From positions 27,922 through 91,921 of the forward strand of contig CAZJVT010000001.1 in assembly GCA_964549935.1 (NCBI GenBank): a stretch of DNA of 64,000 nucleotides, in the 5' to 3' direction. How positions within the stretch are numbered: position 1 is the first letter of the stretch; each line of letters starts with the position of its first letter. This document shows positions 38,898 through 48,725 of the stretch, piece by piece. Position numbers and translations under genes: made by a program. The DNA comes from an uncultured Candidatus Saccharibacteria bacterium (GTDB lineage: Bacteria > Patescibacteriota > Minisyncoccia > UBA6257 > 1-14-0-10-44-23). The notes beneath the pieces were generated by a model. That model was not told where the DNA came from. It did not search any database and saw only the letters and a list, made by a program, of their open reading frames with translations.

Positions 38898-39473
38898 ATG
38901 ATTTACTCCCTTTCCGGCATTTTAAAACGTAAGCAGGACACCTGGGCGGTCGTCGAGGTCGCCGGAATTGGCTACAAGGTGACACTGCCGCTGTTTGTGA
39001 TGTCCCGCCTGCCCGCGACCGGTGAGCCGGTTTCGCTCGTCACGCACCACCACGTGCGCGAGGACGCCAATGACTTATACGGCTTCTTAAAAGATGAGGA
39101 GCTTTCGCTTTTTCAGTCGCTCATTTCAGTTAATGGTATCGGGCCGAAGTCGGCGATGGGCATTATGGGTGTGGCACCGGTTAACGAGCTTATCGCGGCA
39201 ATTAACGAGGGCCGCGTCGATCTTTTGTCTAAGGCCTCCGGGGTAGGCAAGAAGACGGCCGAGCGGGCTATTTTAGATTTGAAGGGCAAGCTCTCGTTTG
39301 GCGACAATACTGCGACAATCGGTAAGATGGAGTCAGACAGCGAGCTCGAGGAGACGCTGGTCGGGCTTGGCTACAGTAAGGCGCAGGCGAAAACAGCGAT
39401 TGCAAAGCTTGACCCAAAACTTACCGACTTCCACGAGCGACTGCGGGCAATCTTAAAGGAGTATAAAAAATAA
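38898..39473 (+). CDS. ruvA: Holliday junction binding protein RuvA
   Basis: MIYSLSG, VREDANDLYGF, VNGIGPKSA, GVGKKTAER. Confidence 0.95.
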   Translation: MIYSLSGILKRKQDTWAVVEVAGIGYKVTLPLFVMSRLPATGEPVSLVTHHHVREDANDLYGFLKDEELSLFQSLISVNGIGPKSAMGIMGVAPVNELIAAINEGRVDLLSKASGVGKKTAERAILDLKGKLSFGDNTATIGKMESDSELEETLVGLGYSKAQAKTAIAKLDPKLTDFHERLRAILKEYKK

Positions 39474-41014
39474 TGATCACGAAGCTTAAAAATATCTACC
39501 ACCTTTTTCTAGCGTGGTTGGGTGCAGTTATCTATCGCAATCCATCGCGCGAGCTTATCGTTATCGGTATTACCGGGACAAAAGGAAAGACGACCAGCGT
39601 CGAGCTTCTCCGGGCAGTTTTACAAGCCTCCGGACGGAAAACAGCGATGCTTTCTTCGGCCAATATCGCCTTTGACAATGAGTCGCAAAGCCGTACCGGC
39701 AACACGATGCCGGGCAGATTTTTTATCCAGAAGTTTATGCGTCAGGCCGTCAGCAAGGGGTGCGAATACGCGGTGTTTGAGGTAACGAGCCAGGGCGTGG
39801 TGCAGCACCGCCACCGCTTTATTGATTTTAATGTGGCGGCGGTGACCTGTTTGCATCCGGAGCACATCGAGAGCCATGGAGGATATGAGCAGTACCGGGA
39901 AGCCAAGGCAACCTTTTTTCGCGACACCGCGCGTCTAAGTAGAAAGCAAGACAAAAAGTTTTTTATTAACTCCGAGATGACGGGCGGAGGCGATGCGCAA
40001 TTTTTCGAAGATGCAGTGCGACATCCAACCCACCTTCGCCAAGGCTTCGGCGGGCAAGCAGGGAAGGGGCATTTCGGTACGGTTACGTACTACAATAAAG
40101 CCGATTTTGTGCGCAATGAATTACAGGGCGACACAAGCCGACCCCACACCCGCCTCGCCTCCGCCCCGCGACAGCAGCCAGATTTGTCTAATACACGAAG
40201 TGACGGCGAGACAGCAGCTCGGCTGCGGCTCGACGGAAGCGACAAAGTAGTAGGCAAATCTGGTGCTGTCCCTTCGGGTTCGGACTCATCTGCTCAGCTG
40301 CGTCGTTACGCCTCGGAGCCTATGACTAGTCATATGGTCTCCTCGGCAAGCCTAGCATCTGGAGCAGATGAGTCTCGAACGCGGGGCGGAGGCGAGGCGG
40401 GTGTGGGGTCTGTCAGTAGCTGGCTGCAGAGTGATTTTAATTTAGAAAATGCGGCGATGGTCTTTGCAATCGCCAGGGCACTTGGGCTGACCAAGGAGTC
40501 AATTCTGGCGACCTTTAAAGAGTTCGCCGGCGTGGCAGGGCGGCTCGAGTTTATCCGTGGCGCAGGGCGCACAGCGGTTATTGATTACGCGCTTACGCCG
40601 GGGTCGCTAAAAGTTCTGTATGCCTATTTAAAAACTCTCGTGCAACCGGGAGGGAAGTTGATTGCGGTCTTCGGCAGCGCTGGTGGAGGCCGTGACACCT
40701 GGAAGCGTCCGGAGCTTGGTAAGCTAGCCGATGAGTTTTGCGACAAAATCTATCTGACCACGGACGACTCCTACGACGAGAACACAGAACATATCATAAA
40801 TGATATAAAAAAGGGCATCTCGAGCGCGGAGAAGTGTGAGGTGATCATTAACCGTGCCGAGGCGATTAGTGAGGCGCTGCGAGGGGCAGGAGAGAAGGAC
40901 ATCGTGGCTATTACCGGCATGGGCAGCCAGTCGTATACGTATGGCCCGGGAGGCAAAAAATTGCCGTGGAGCGATAAGGCAGCTGTCGAAAAAACACTGC
41001 GTACCTTACAATAA
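39473..41014 (+). CDS. murE: MurE-like Mur ligase carrying two in-frame palindromic insertions
   Basis: GITGTKGKTT, EVTSQG, EHIESH, GRLE, IDYA, FGSAGGGRD; non-Mur segment near aa 185-315. Confidence 0.85.
   Translation: MITKLKNIYHLFLAWLGAVIYRNPSRELIVIGITGTKGKTTSVELLRAVLQASGRKTAMLSSANIAFDNESQSRTGNTMPGRFFIQKFMRQAVSKGCEYAVFEVTSQGVVQHRHRFIDFNVAAVTCLHPEHIESHGGYEQYREAKATFFRDTARLSRKQDKKFFINSEMTGGGDAQFFEDAVRHPTHLRQGFGGQAGKGHFGTVTYYNKADFVRNELQGDTSRPHTRLASAPRQQPDLSNTRSDGETAARLRLDGSDKVVGKSGAVPSGSDSSAQLRRYASEPMTSHMVSSASLASGADESRTRGGGEAGVGSVSSWLQSDFNLENAAMVFAIARALGLTKESILATFKEFAGVAGRLEFIRGAGRTAVIDYALTPGSLKVLYAYLKTLVQPGGKLIAVFGSAGGGRDTWKRPELGKLADEFCDKIYLTTDDSYDENTEHIINDIKKGISSAEKCEVIINRAEAISEALRGAGEKDIVAITGMGSQSYTYGPGGKKLPWSDKAAVEKTLRTLQ
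40025..40059. repeat. Short REP-like hairpin element inside murE
   Basis: CCCACC-TTC-GCC-AA-GGC-TTC-GGCGGG imperfect hairpin encoding HLRQGFGGQA. Confidence 0.55.
40140..40410. mobile_element. Palindromic MITE/RPE-like element in frame within murE
   Basis: Perfect 31-bp terminal inverted repeats (40140-40170/40380-40410) plus two internal hairpins. Confidence 0.75.
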
Positions 41015-41018
41015 ATGT

Positions 41019-42383
41019 ATGAAACTAACCTTTTACGGCGGAGCGGGAGTGGTCACCGGGGCAAACTATCTTTTAGAGGTTGAGGACAAAAAACATCCGC
41101 GCGGGATCGTGCGGATTCTAGTGGACTGCGGACTTGCACAAGGGAGTCACTTTGTGGAGCGGCACAACTACGATATTTTCCCTTACAAGGCCAGCGAGAT
41201 TGACGCGGTTTTTGTGACGCATGCGCACATCGACCACACGGGCAGGCTTCCAAAGTTAATGAAAGAGGGATTTGAGGGGACGGTCTACTCAACGCCGCCG
41301 ACGCACGACTGTGCCGAGCTGTTGCTGCTCGACTCGCAGCACATTTTGGAACAGGAGGGGCAGAAGATTGGCGAGGGTGCTCTTTACGAGATTGATGATA
41401 TCAACCGACTGATGGGGCACTGGCGGAGTGTTCGGTATCACGATCCTATTATGGTCGGCGCCGTTAAGGCGACACTGTATAGCGCCGGGCACATTCTGGG
41501 TTCGGCTAGTATTCTAATCGAAGCGGAAGGTAAGAAAATTCTGTTTTCCGGCGATCTCGGTAACCAGCCAGCACCGCTTATCGGTCCAGCCGAGTGCCCG
41601 ACGGATGCGGATTACTGCTTGATTGAGTCGGCGTATGGCGACCGTATCCATGAAGATTTGCAGAATCGCTATACAAAACTCGAACGTGTCATCTTAGACA
41701 CGGTTCATAACGGCGGCGCGCTGATGATTCCGGCTTTTGCGCTTGAGCGCACGCAAATTTTGTTGCTTGAGTTGCACGAGATGCTTGAGAAACACCAGAT
41801 TCCGCAGGTGCCGGTGTTTGTTGACAGTCCGCTGGCGATTAAGCTGACCTCGGTGTACGCGCTGTATCGGGATTATTTGCGCCCGGAGGTGGTACATCAT
41901 TTCGACGGTGGAGATATGTTTCGATTACCGGGGCTACGTATGACACCGACAACAGAGGACAGCAAGTCTATTAACAATGTTCACAACCCAAAGATTATTA
42001 TCGCCGGGAGCGGTATGAGCCATGCGGGGCGTATTTTGCATCACGAACTTCGATATTTATCCGACCCAAAGAGCACGCTACTCATCTTCGGGTATCAGGT
42101 AGAGGGCTCGCTCGGACGCCGATTGCTCGACGGTGCGCAGCACGTGTCTATCATGGGCAGCGACATTCATGTCCGGGCGAAAGTTAAGGCGATTGGGGCT
42201 TATTCTGCGCACGCTGACCAGCGACAGCTTATGAGTTGGATTAAGCCGCTTACAGGCAAGGTGAAAAAAGTTTTCGTCGTGCAGGGAGAGGGGCAGGCGT
42301 CTAATGTCTTAGCGGCAAAGTTACGCAGCGAGCTGCATATGGAGGCGGTTGTCCCGTCGGCGGGGGAGAGTGTCGTGCTATAA
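41019..42383 (+). CDS. MBL-fold beta-CASP ribonuclease
   Basis: VDCG, THAHIDHTG, AGHILGS, FSGDLG, ESAYG, YSAHAD. Confidence 0.92.
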   Translation: MKLTFYGGAGVVTGANYLLEVEDKKHPRGIVRILVDCGLAQGSHFVERHNYDIFPYKASEIDAVFVTHAHIDHTGRLPKLMKEGFEGTVYSTPPTHDCAELLLLDSQHILEQEGQKIGEGALYEIDDINRLMGHWRSVRYHDPIMVGAVKATLYSAGHILGSASILIEAEGKKILFSGDLGNQPAPLIGPAECPTDADYCLIESAYGDRIHEDLQNRYTKLERVILDTVHNGGALMIPAFALERTQILLLELHEMLEKHQIPQVPVFVDSPLAIKLTSVYALYRDYLRPEVVHHFDGGDMFRLPGLRMTPTTEDSKSINNVHNPKIIIAGSGMSHAGRILHHELRYLSDPKSTLLIFGYQVEGSLGRRLLDGAQHVSIMGSDIHVRAKVKAIGAYSAHADQRQLMSWIKPLTGKVKKVFVVQGEGQASNVLAAKLRSELHMEAVVPSAGESVVL

Positions 42384-42397
42384 TTACGGTAATACGT

Positions 42398-43054
42398 ATG
42401 CAAAAGCGAGCGGCAAAAAAAGGAGTTAATAAAAACCTTGCCTCTCTAAGCCCGCGCCATCACCTTCGGAGGAGTATTTGCGTTTCCGGAGCCGCGGAGA
42501 CCGGCCACTGCAGCACCGACACAATCGCTAAGGCAGAGGAGGTCGGGCGACTGATTGCTGAAGCTGGAATGATCCTCATAACTGGCGCAACGAGCGGAGT
42601 GCCTTATTGGGCAGCCAAAGGAGCGAAAGAGGCGGGCGGGTTTGTCGTTGGCTTTTCTCCGGCGGCTTCCGAAGCCGCGCACCTTAAAACCTACCATCTG
42701 CCGGTTGATTATCACGACATTATTATCTATACCGGTTTTGATTACGCCGGCCGCGACCTGCTTGTGACCCGTGCTTCAGACGGCGTCATCACGATTTGCG
42801 GTCGTATCGGTTCTTTGCACGAGTTTACAACAACATTTGAAGACAAGAAGCCTTCAGGAGTGCTTGAGGGCAGCGGCGGCGCCGCAGATATGATTCGCGA
42901 GATTTTGATTAAAGGGAAGCGCGGATTAGGTAAGACGGTTTTTGATACCAAGCCAAAGGAGCTCGTCAATAAAGTTCTCGATATGATCGAGCAGACGGAG
43001 ATGGAGAACCACTACGGCCACGGACGTGTTCCGACGCGGTTACACGACGAGTAG
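42398..43054 (+). CDS. LOG/SLOG-family Rossmann-fold protein
   Basis: LITGATSG, AAKGAKEAGG, GRIGSLHEF. Confidence 0.8.
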   Translation: MQKRAAKKGVNKNLASLSPRHHLRRSICVSGAAETGHCSTDTIAKAEEVGRLIAEAGMILITGATSGVPYWAAKGAKEAGGFVVGFSPAASEAAHLKTYHLPVDYHDIIIYTGFDYAGRDLLVTRASDGVITICGRIGSLHEFTTTFEDKKPSGVLEGSGGAADMIREILIKGKRGLGKTVFDTKPKELVNKVLDMIEQTEMENHYGHGRVPTRLHDE

Positions 43055-43100
43055 GGGGCGTAGAACATAAAACGTTTAACGTAGAACGAGCAAGAAAGAA

Positions 43101-43439
43101 ATGACAAAGAAACCCGTCAAAAAGAAAAAAGTAGTTGCGAAAAGGAAAGCTGCTAAAAAAGCAGTAAAAAAGGCTGCGGTTAAAAAAGTTGCCGCGCCAA
43201 AGCCCGTCGGCGTGGTCACGCACTACTTCGCGAAAATCAAAGTTGCGATTATTAAATTCAAGCAGCCAGTCAAAGTCGGCACCGAAGTTGCCTTGCGTGG
43301 TGCGACGACGGATTTTAATCACAAAATTGCCTCGATGCAATTTGATCACAAGCCGATTTCTGTTGCCAAGAAGGGCCAGGAAGTAGGGATCAAGGTAGGG
43401 AAGCGCGTTCGGGAGGGCGACGAAATATTTTTACCGTGA
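43101..43439 (+). CDS. Translation-factor-like beta-barrel protein with K/A-rich N-terminal tail
   Basis: VGVVTHYFAKIKVA...SMQFDHKPI..AKKGQEVGIKV..RVREGD. Confidence 0.75.
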   Translation: MTKKPVKKKKVVAKRKAAKKAVKKAAVKKVAAPKPVGVVTHYFAKIKVAIIKFKQPVKVGTEVALRGATTDFNHKIASMQFDHKPISVAKKGQEVGIKVGKRVREGDEIFLP

Positions 43440-43442
43440 ACT

Positions 43443-43913
43443 ATGAGCTTTGAAGCAATTTTAAGTTCGCAGAATTTGGAAGTTTTTGGCCAGCTTGGCT
43501 TAGCCGTTCTTTTAGCCAGCCTACTGGGCATCGAACGAAGCCTTGCTCGAAGACTTGCAGGTTTTCGGACCTTTGCGATGGTTGCGCTTGGCTCCTGTCT
43601 TTTTGTAGTTATTTCAAATATCACCTTCGATATGCTTGGTGGTATCGGCGGGTTTGATCCTTCGCGGATTGCGAGCCAGATTGTTGTCGGTATCGGGTTT
43701 TTAGCCGGCGGGTCTATTATTTTCAATAAGGAGCATTTGCAGGGGTTAACGACGGCCGCCGGTTTGTGGGTTGCTGCGGGCATTGGCATGGCGGTCGGCT
43801 TCAAACTCTATGCGATTGCGGTTTTTGTGACGATACTTTCGCTTATGATTTTCGAGGTGTTTTGGCGGGTGGAGCGGAAGCTGTTGAATTTAGAAGGGGA
43901 GAAAAAGCCGTAG
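43443..43913 (+). CDS. MgtC/SapB-family membrane protein
   Basis: GIER...AGFRTF, DPSRIASQIVVGIGFL, GLTTAAGLW. Confidence 0.92.
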   Translation: MSFEAILSSQNLEVFGQLGLAVLLASLLGIERSLARRLAGFRTFAMVALGSCLFVVISNITFDMLGGIGGFDPSRIASQIVVGIGFLAGGSIIFNKEHLQGLTTAAGLWVAAGIGMAVGFKLYAIAVFVTILSLMIFEVFWRVERKLLNLEGEKKP

Positions 43914-43938
43914 TTCTGTTTTGCGGTATTATTAAGAC

Positions 43939-45351
43939 ATGCCAATCCTGTTGTATCTTTTAGTTTTCCTTTTGCCGCTTGGCACGAGGCATCTGCTCGG
44001 CGGGGTAACGCCGGGTTTTCATGAGTATGAAGCATTCTTTTTCTATGGAACAGATTTTTTTGTCATCATTTTTTCGATCTGGAGCGTGCTGACTAAGCCG
44101 TCCTGGCTGCGGGTTGTGGCAAGCCGAGGAGTGGGGGCGCTACTCGGCGCTTTTCTGCTCGCTACGCTAGCCTCGCTTTTTACGGCCCCCTCTTTTGCTC
44201 TTGGTGCCTACGTTTTCGCCCGGCTCGTTGTTCTCGCCTTATTTGCTGTCTACTTGGCGAGGTTTGCCGAGTCGAAAAAGATCGTGCAAACGATTTTCGC
44301 GATTATTGCTGTCGCAGCGGTAGTACAAAGTGTCATTGGTTTTTCTCAAGTTGCAAAACAGGGGAGCATCGGGCTTTCTATGTTTGGCGAACCTATGCTT
44401 ACCAGCTATAGCGGTGCGGCGAGCACGATTAAAGCCGAGAGTGGTAGATTCTTGCGCGCCTATGGAACGTTCCCGCACCCTAATGTTTTAGGCGCCTTTC
44501 TTGTGATAGGACTGCTCACTTTGGCATACTGGTATACCGAGACGGAGCGCAAGCTCGCTAATGCAGTTTTTCCCGAGCAGTGGCGGAAAGTCGATTCTAT
44601 GAAAAAGGCTTGGGCGAAAAGAGGCGAGTGGACGAGAGCGCAGTTTGTAAGTGCCGGGAGAAAGTATTTCAGCCATAAACTTTTTGTGCAGCGGATGCTG
44701 ATTGCTGCCGCAACATTTGTTGTCGTATTGGGATTGGCGCTGACCTTTTCCAGGGCGGCCTGGGCAGCGGCAGTTATTGGGCTGGCGATATTTTTAGTTT
44801 GGGCGCTCCACCAATCCTTTGGCGCCGGCGTCCGACTGCTTGGGCTGCTCCTGGTTGCGGGCGCGGCAACGTATTTAGTCTTGGCCCCGGTTATTTTGCC
44901 TCGAGCCGAGGTCTCCGTTACCGAACCCGCAGTAACCGATCGGCTCGCGTACACAGAAATAGGTATACAGCTGCTCGGAAGCCACCCGTACGGCGTTGGG
45001 GCAGGTAACCAGGTCTTGTCGGCAGTTCGTGGCGGGTTATATGTCGATCACGGGATGACGAAGGTGTGGGACTGGGAACCGGTTCATAATCTCTACTTGC
45101 TTGTCGCTACCGAGCTTGGTTGGCTTGGTTTGTTGAGTTTTCTGGCCTTTTTGGGTATCGTATGCTGGCAGCTGATCAGGTCGGGGCCGCATCTTGAAAC
45201 GGGGCTCATTACGGCAATCCTGCTCGGGCTTTTGATCGCCGGGATGTTTGACCACTATTTGTGGGACTTGCAGCCGGGCAGACTGCTGTTCTGGTTTGTG
45301 GTTGGCTTAGCGCTCTCGCGTATCTTGCCGCGCGAAAAAGTGCAAAGTTAA
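43939..45351 (+). CDS. O-antigen ligase-like (Wzy_C) membrane protein
   Basis: RAYGTFPHPNVLG, TFSRAAW, GVGAGN, PVHNLYL...ELG. Confidence 0.85.
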   Translation: MPILLYLLVFLLPLGTRHLLGGVTPGFHEYEAFFFYGTDFFVIIFSIWSVLTKPSWLRVVASRGVGALLGAFLLATLASLFTAPSFALGAYVFARLVVLALFAVYLARFAESKKIVQTIFAIIAVAAVVQSVIGFSQVAKQGSIGLSMFGEPMLTSYSGAASTIKAESGRFLRAYGTFPHPNVLGAFLVIGLLTLAYWYTETERKLANAVFPEQWRKVDSMKKAWAKRGEWTRAQFVSAGRKYFSHKLFVQRMLIAAATFVVVLGLALTFSRAAWAAAVIGLAIFLVWALHQSFGAGVRLLGLLLVAGAATYLVLAPVILPRAEVSVTEPAVTDRLAYTEIGIQLLGSHPYGVGAGNQVLSAVRGGLYVDHGMTKVWDWEPVHNLYLLVATELGWLGLLSFLAFLGIVCWQLIRSGPHLETGLITAILLGLLIAGMFDHYLWDLQPGRLLFWFVVGLALSRILPREKVQS

Positions 45352-45371
45352 AAGTAGCGGTTTGGTTGTTA

Positions 45372-45443
45372 GTCTCCGTAGTTCAACGGATAGAATATCT
45401 CCCTCCGAAGGAGATGATTGTGGTTCGATTCCACACGGGGACA
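45372..45443 (+). tRNA. tRNA-Arg (anticodon CCG), CCA not encoded
   Basis: Acceptor GTCTCCG/CGGGGAC, anticodon arm TCTCC-CTCCGAA-GGAGA, T arm TGTGG-TTCGATT-CCACA. Confidence 0.95.
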
Positions 45444-45466
45444 CAGCGTGGTATTATTGCGAAACT

Positions 45467-46180
45467 ATGGCAAACAACCTTTCTTTAGGCGTTTCGTTTG
45501 TTGCAGGGCTTGTTTCGTTCCTTTCGCCATGTGTTTTGCCTATTATCCCGGGTTTTTTGGCCTACTTGGCCGGCTCCTCGCTGGCGGAGAGTGAGGGGAA
45601 GAAGCGATGGGATGTTTTCGTAAACAGTATCTACTTCGTAATCGGCTTTTCCCTTGTTTTTGCAGTTTTAGGCGTTTTGCTTAATACAATCCTCAGTAGT
45701 TCAGCGGCAGGAACGCAGCTTTGGCTGTCACGTATCGGCGGCATCGTTATCATTTTCTTCGGCTTGTACCTTACCAAGCTCATCAAGATTCCATTCCTTG
45801 AGAGGGAGTATAAGTTCTCGATGAAATTAAAGTTACAGTCTCGGCATCTTACTTCGCTGCTTTTTGGCGCTGCATTTGCTGCGGGGTGGACGCCTTGTGT
45901 CGGTGCTGTTTTAGGCGGCATATTAGGTCTTGCGGCCACACAACCGGGGAGCGCCTTCTATCTACTATTTACCTACGCCGTCGGGCTTGGGATTCCATTT
46001 TTAGTTGTTGGTTTTTTTGCCGCTCATGCCAGCGCTTTTATCAATCGCTACGCGAACGCATTGCAATATATCAGCATCGTTTTCGGCTACCTGCTCATCG
46101 CGCTTGGAGTTCTCGTTTTCACGCAGCAACTTTCTTTGATCGCTAATTTCGGTTTTCTAAATAATCTTCTCTTAAAGTAA
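45467..46180 (+). CDS. ccdA: CcdA-type disulfide-reducing membrane protein
   Basis: AGLVSFLSPCVLPIIP and GWTPCVG motifs. Confidence 0.92.
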   Translation: MANNLSLGVSFVAGLVSFLSPCVLPIIPGFLAYLAGSSLAESEGKKRWDVFVNSIYFVIGFSLVFAVLGVLLNTILSSSAAGTQLWLSRIGGIVIIFFGLYLTKLIKIPFLEREYKFSMKLKLQSRHLTSLLFGAAFAAGWTPCVGAVLGGILGLAATQPGSAFYLLFTYAVGLGIPFLVVGFFAAHASAFINRYANALQYISIVFGYLLIALGVLVFTQQLSLIANFGFLNNLLLK

Positions 46181-46181
46181 C

Positions 46182-47378
46182 ATGAAGAAAAACCTAGTCC
46201 TCGGGGTCGTTATCGTATTAGTCATCGGCTCGATACTTTGGCTGCAGTCGCTTAAGCCTAAGCCTGCCCTGACGAGCGGACCAAAACAGACCATTGTTGC
46301 TACCTCGACTGACACCATTGCTACCTCGCCGGTTAAGCCAATTAAGTCTTCTATGCAGTATCTTACTGCTGCTCAAAAGGCGAAGAAGTATCAGCCAGGG
46401 ATAGAGCTTGCGGGAATTAGTAGCTATCACAATCTTTCGCCTGATAAAAAAACGCTAACTCTTAAGGATTTAGTGGGCAAGAAAGTGATTTTAGTTGATT
46501 TCTGGACTTACAGCTGCATTAATTGCCAGCGCACGTTACCGTATCTTACTGATTGGTATAAGAAGTATAAAGATCAGGGGCTCGAGATTATCGGAGTCCA
46601 CACACCGGAATTTGATTTCGAAAAAGATCCGACTAACGTCGACATGGCGATAGCAAAATATGGCATTAGATATCCCGTGGTTCAGGACAACGACTATGGC
46701 ACATGGAATGCGTATGGCAACCGCTACTGGCCACATCACTATCTTATTGATATCGATGGATATATCGTCGACGACCATATAGGCGAGGGAGGGTATGCTG
46801 AAACAGAAATGAAAATCCAAGAGCTACTCGCGGAAAGAAGCGATAGGCTGAATATAGTGGCGGATGTTCAAAAGGATCTATCCAAGCCGGTCGTGGAAGC
46901 GGCACCGACATATGCGGTTAGTCCGGAGACATATTTTGGTAGCAGCCGCAATGAGTATCTCGGGAATGGTGTGCCCGGGCAAACAGGGACGCTTGATTTT
47001 ACTTCTTGGCCGTCGGCTGAGTCTGGCGATCTGAAAGAGAACAAGCTTTATTTAAGCGGGACCTGGATGTTGAACGCCGAGAATGCAGTCAGTAAGAGCC
47101 GAGGCGGTATTATGTATGCGTACCATGGCCAGCGGGTGTATTTTGTGGCTCGAGCAGGGCAGCCCCTTACCGTGGAGCTTCTCCGCGATCTTAAGCCGCT
47201 CACTGCGGATGAAGCAGGAGAAGATGTGATTATCGGCGCTGACGGCAAGAGTCGAGTCACTATTAATGAGGCGCGCCTATATAAACTCGTTAAAGAGCGA
47301 GCAGGTGATCCTGGTCATGTGCTCAACATTATTGTTCCGGAGGCGGGTCTCGAGGCCTTCACCTTTACGTTCGGTTAG
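46182..47378 (+). CDS. Membrane-anchored thioredoxin-like protein (DipZ C-terminal type)
   Basis: VDFWTYSCINC, GVHTPEF, NRYWP, SPETYFG, AFTFTFG. Confidence 0.9.
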   Translation: MKKNLVLGVVIVLVIGSILWLQSLKPKPALTSGPKQTIVATSTDTIATSPVKPIKSSMQYLTAAQKAKKYQPGIELAGISSYHNLSPDKKTLTLKDLVGKKVILVDFWTYSCINCQRTLPYLTDWYKKYKDQGLEIIGVHTPEFDFEKDPTNVDMAIAKYGIRYPVVQDNDYGTWNAYGNRYWPHHYLIDIDGYIVDDHIGEGGYAETEMKIQELLAERSDRLNIVADVQKDLSKPVVEAAPTYAVSPETYFGSSRNEYLGNGVPGQTGTLDFTSWPSAESGDLKENKLYLSGTWMLNAENAVSKSRGGIMYAYHGQRVYFVARAGQPLTVELLRDLKPLTADEAGEDVIIGADGKSRVTINEARLYKLVKERAGDPGHVLNIIVPEAGLEAFTFTFG

Positions 47379-47405
47379 GCGTAGCAGTACTCTCTCGAGC
47401 TGCGG

Positions 47406-48086
47406 TTATCGCCAATCAATTTCTTTCTGGCTGTGCTTTTTCAGGTAATCGTTTGTTTTACTGAAGTGCTTATTCCCTATAAATCCGTTGTAGGCTGAAA
47501 GCGGGGAGGGGTGGGCAGATTCAAGAACGAGATGCTTTGAGCGGTCAATCTGTGCGCCTTTTTTGCGCGCATAGTTGCCCCAGAGAAGAAAGACAAGCTG
47601 CCGCTCCTGCTGTGAGAGGCGTTTGATGACGGCATCCGTAAACTGTTCCCATCCTTTATTTTGATGCGAGCCTGCAGTATGAGCGCGTACCGTCAGTGTT
47701 GCGTTTAAAAGAAGTACGCCTTGCTTAGCCCAGCGGGTGAGGTCACCGCTTGCAATCGGCTCTATACCCAAATCACTTTTAATTTCTTTAAAAATATTTT
47801 GCAGTGACGGTGGCAGCTCTACGTTATCTGGAACTGCAAAACAGAGGCCGTTGGCTTGGCCGGGGCCATGGTAGGGATCCTGGCCGATAATGACTACTTG
47901 GACCTTTTCAAAAGGGCAGACATCAAAGGCGCGGAAAATATTTTTGGGTGCAGGAAAGACAGCAGTTTGTTTGTATTCATTGCGCACAAACTCAGTGAGC
48001 TGTTTAAAGTACGCGGTTTCAAATTCATCCCTTAAGACGGCTTCCCAGGAGGGCTCGATCGCTATTTTCTTGCCTTTGGTGTCCAT
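47406..48086 (-). CDS. ung: Uracil-DNA glycosylase family 1
   Basis: GQDPYH, PPSLQNI, GVLLLN, HPSPLS. Confidence 0.97.
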   Translation of the reverse strand: MDTKGKKIAIEPSWEAVLRDEFETAYFKQLTEFVRNEYKQTAVFPAPKNIFRAFDVCPFEKVQVVIIGQDPYHGPGQANGLCFAVPDNVELPPSLQNIFKEIKSDLGIEPIASGDLTRWAKQGVLLLNATLTVRAHTAGSHQNKGWEQFTDAVIKRLSQQERQLVFLLWGNYARKKGAQIDRSKHLVLESAHPSPLSAYNGFIGNKHFSKTNDYLKKHSQKEIDWR

Positions 48087-48173
48087 GGTCTTGTCATACT
48101 AAGGCAGAGATGCGGTATCTGCAAATAGCGAGGGTCTGTAATAAAAGGCGTCCTTTATGGTAGTATATAGATA

Positions 48174-48725
48174 ATGCAGTTACAACCTAATATTAACGCC
48201 CCAGCTGATGCTGGGACGCAAAAAATTATTTCCGCAGGGATTATTGTATTTCGGAAGACGCAGGAGGGCGTTAAGTTTTTGGTGCTCTACCACGGCGGTG
48301 ATTACTGGAACTTCCCGAAGGGGAAGCTTGAGGTGGCCGAGCGTAGTTGGCAGGCGGCTTTTCGCGAGGTTCGAGAGGAGACCGGGCTCAAGCAAAATGA
48401 GCTTAAGCTTGTTGGAGACTTCAAGGCTTATGAGAAGTTTTACTTCAAGCGCGGCGCCGATAAGATTTTCAAAGTCGTTATTTTGTATCTGGCCGAGACA
48501 AAACAATCCCGCATTACGCTGAGTGAGGAGCACGAAGGGTACGGCTGGTTCACGTTTTCTCAGGCGAAAAAGATTTTGGCGCGGCACAAAGACAATTTGC
48601 GTATTTTAAACCAGGCTTACGCGTATTTAACGCGCGGGCCGCAGGCGATGCCTGTCCAACCAGCTGCCACTGTAGCTGCTGGCGCTGCGCATCCACAACG
48701 TCGACCACCGCATCCGCGGCACTAA
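48174..48725 (+). CDS. NUDIX hydrolase (Ap4A-hydrolase-like)
   Basis: WNFPKGKLE...AAFREVREETGL, LSEEH. Confidence 0.9.
   Translation: MQLQPNINAPADAGTQKIISAGIIVFRKTQEGVKFLVLYHGGDYWNFPKGKLEVAERSWQAAFREVREETGLKQNELKLVGDFKAYEKFYFKRGADKIFKVVILYLAETKQSRITLSEEHEGYGWFTFSQAKKILARHKDNLRILNQAYAYLTRGPQAMPVQPAATVAAGAAHPQRRPPHPRH

Noticed and set aside
40140-40410. Intein or group I/II intron as the murE or ileS insert
   Set aside because: No intein terminal residues (C/S...HN-C/S/T) or recognisable intron core; the ileS insert is a phosphatase domain
45362-45466. N-terminal extension of ccdA
   Set aside because: Overlaps tRNA-Arg; the ATG at 45467 fits the family start
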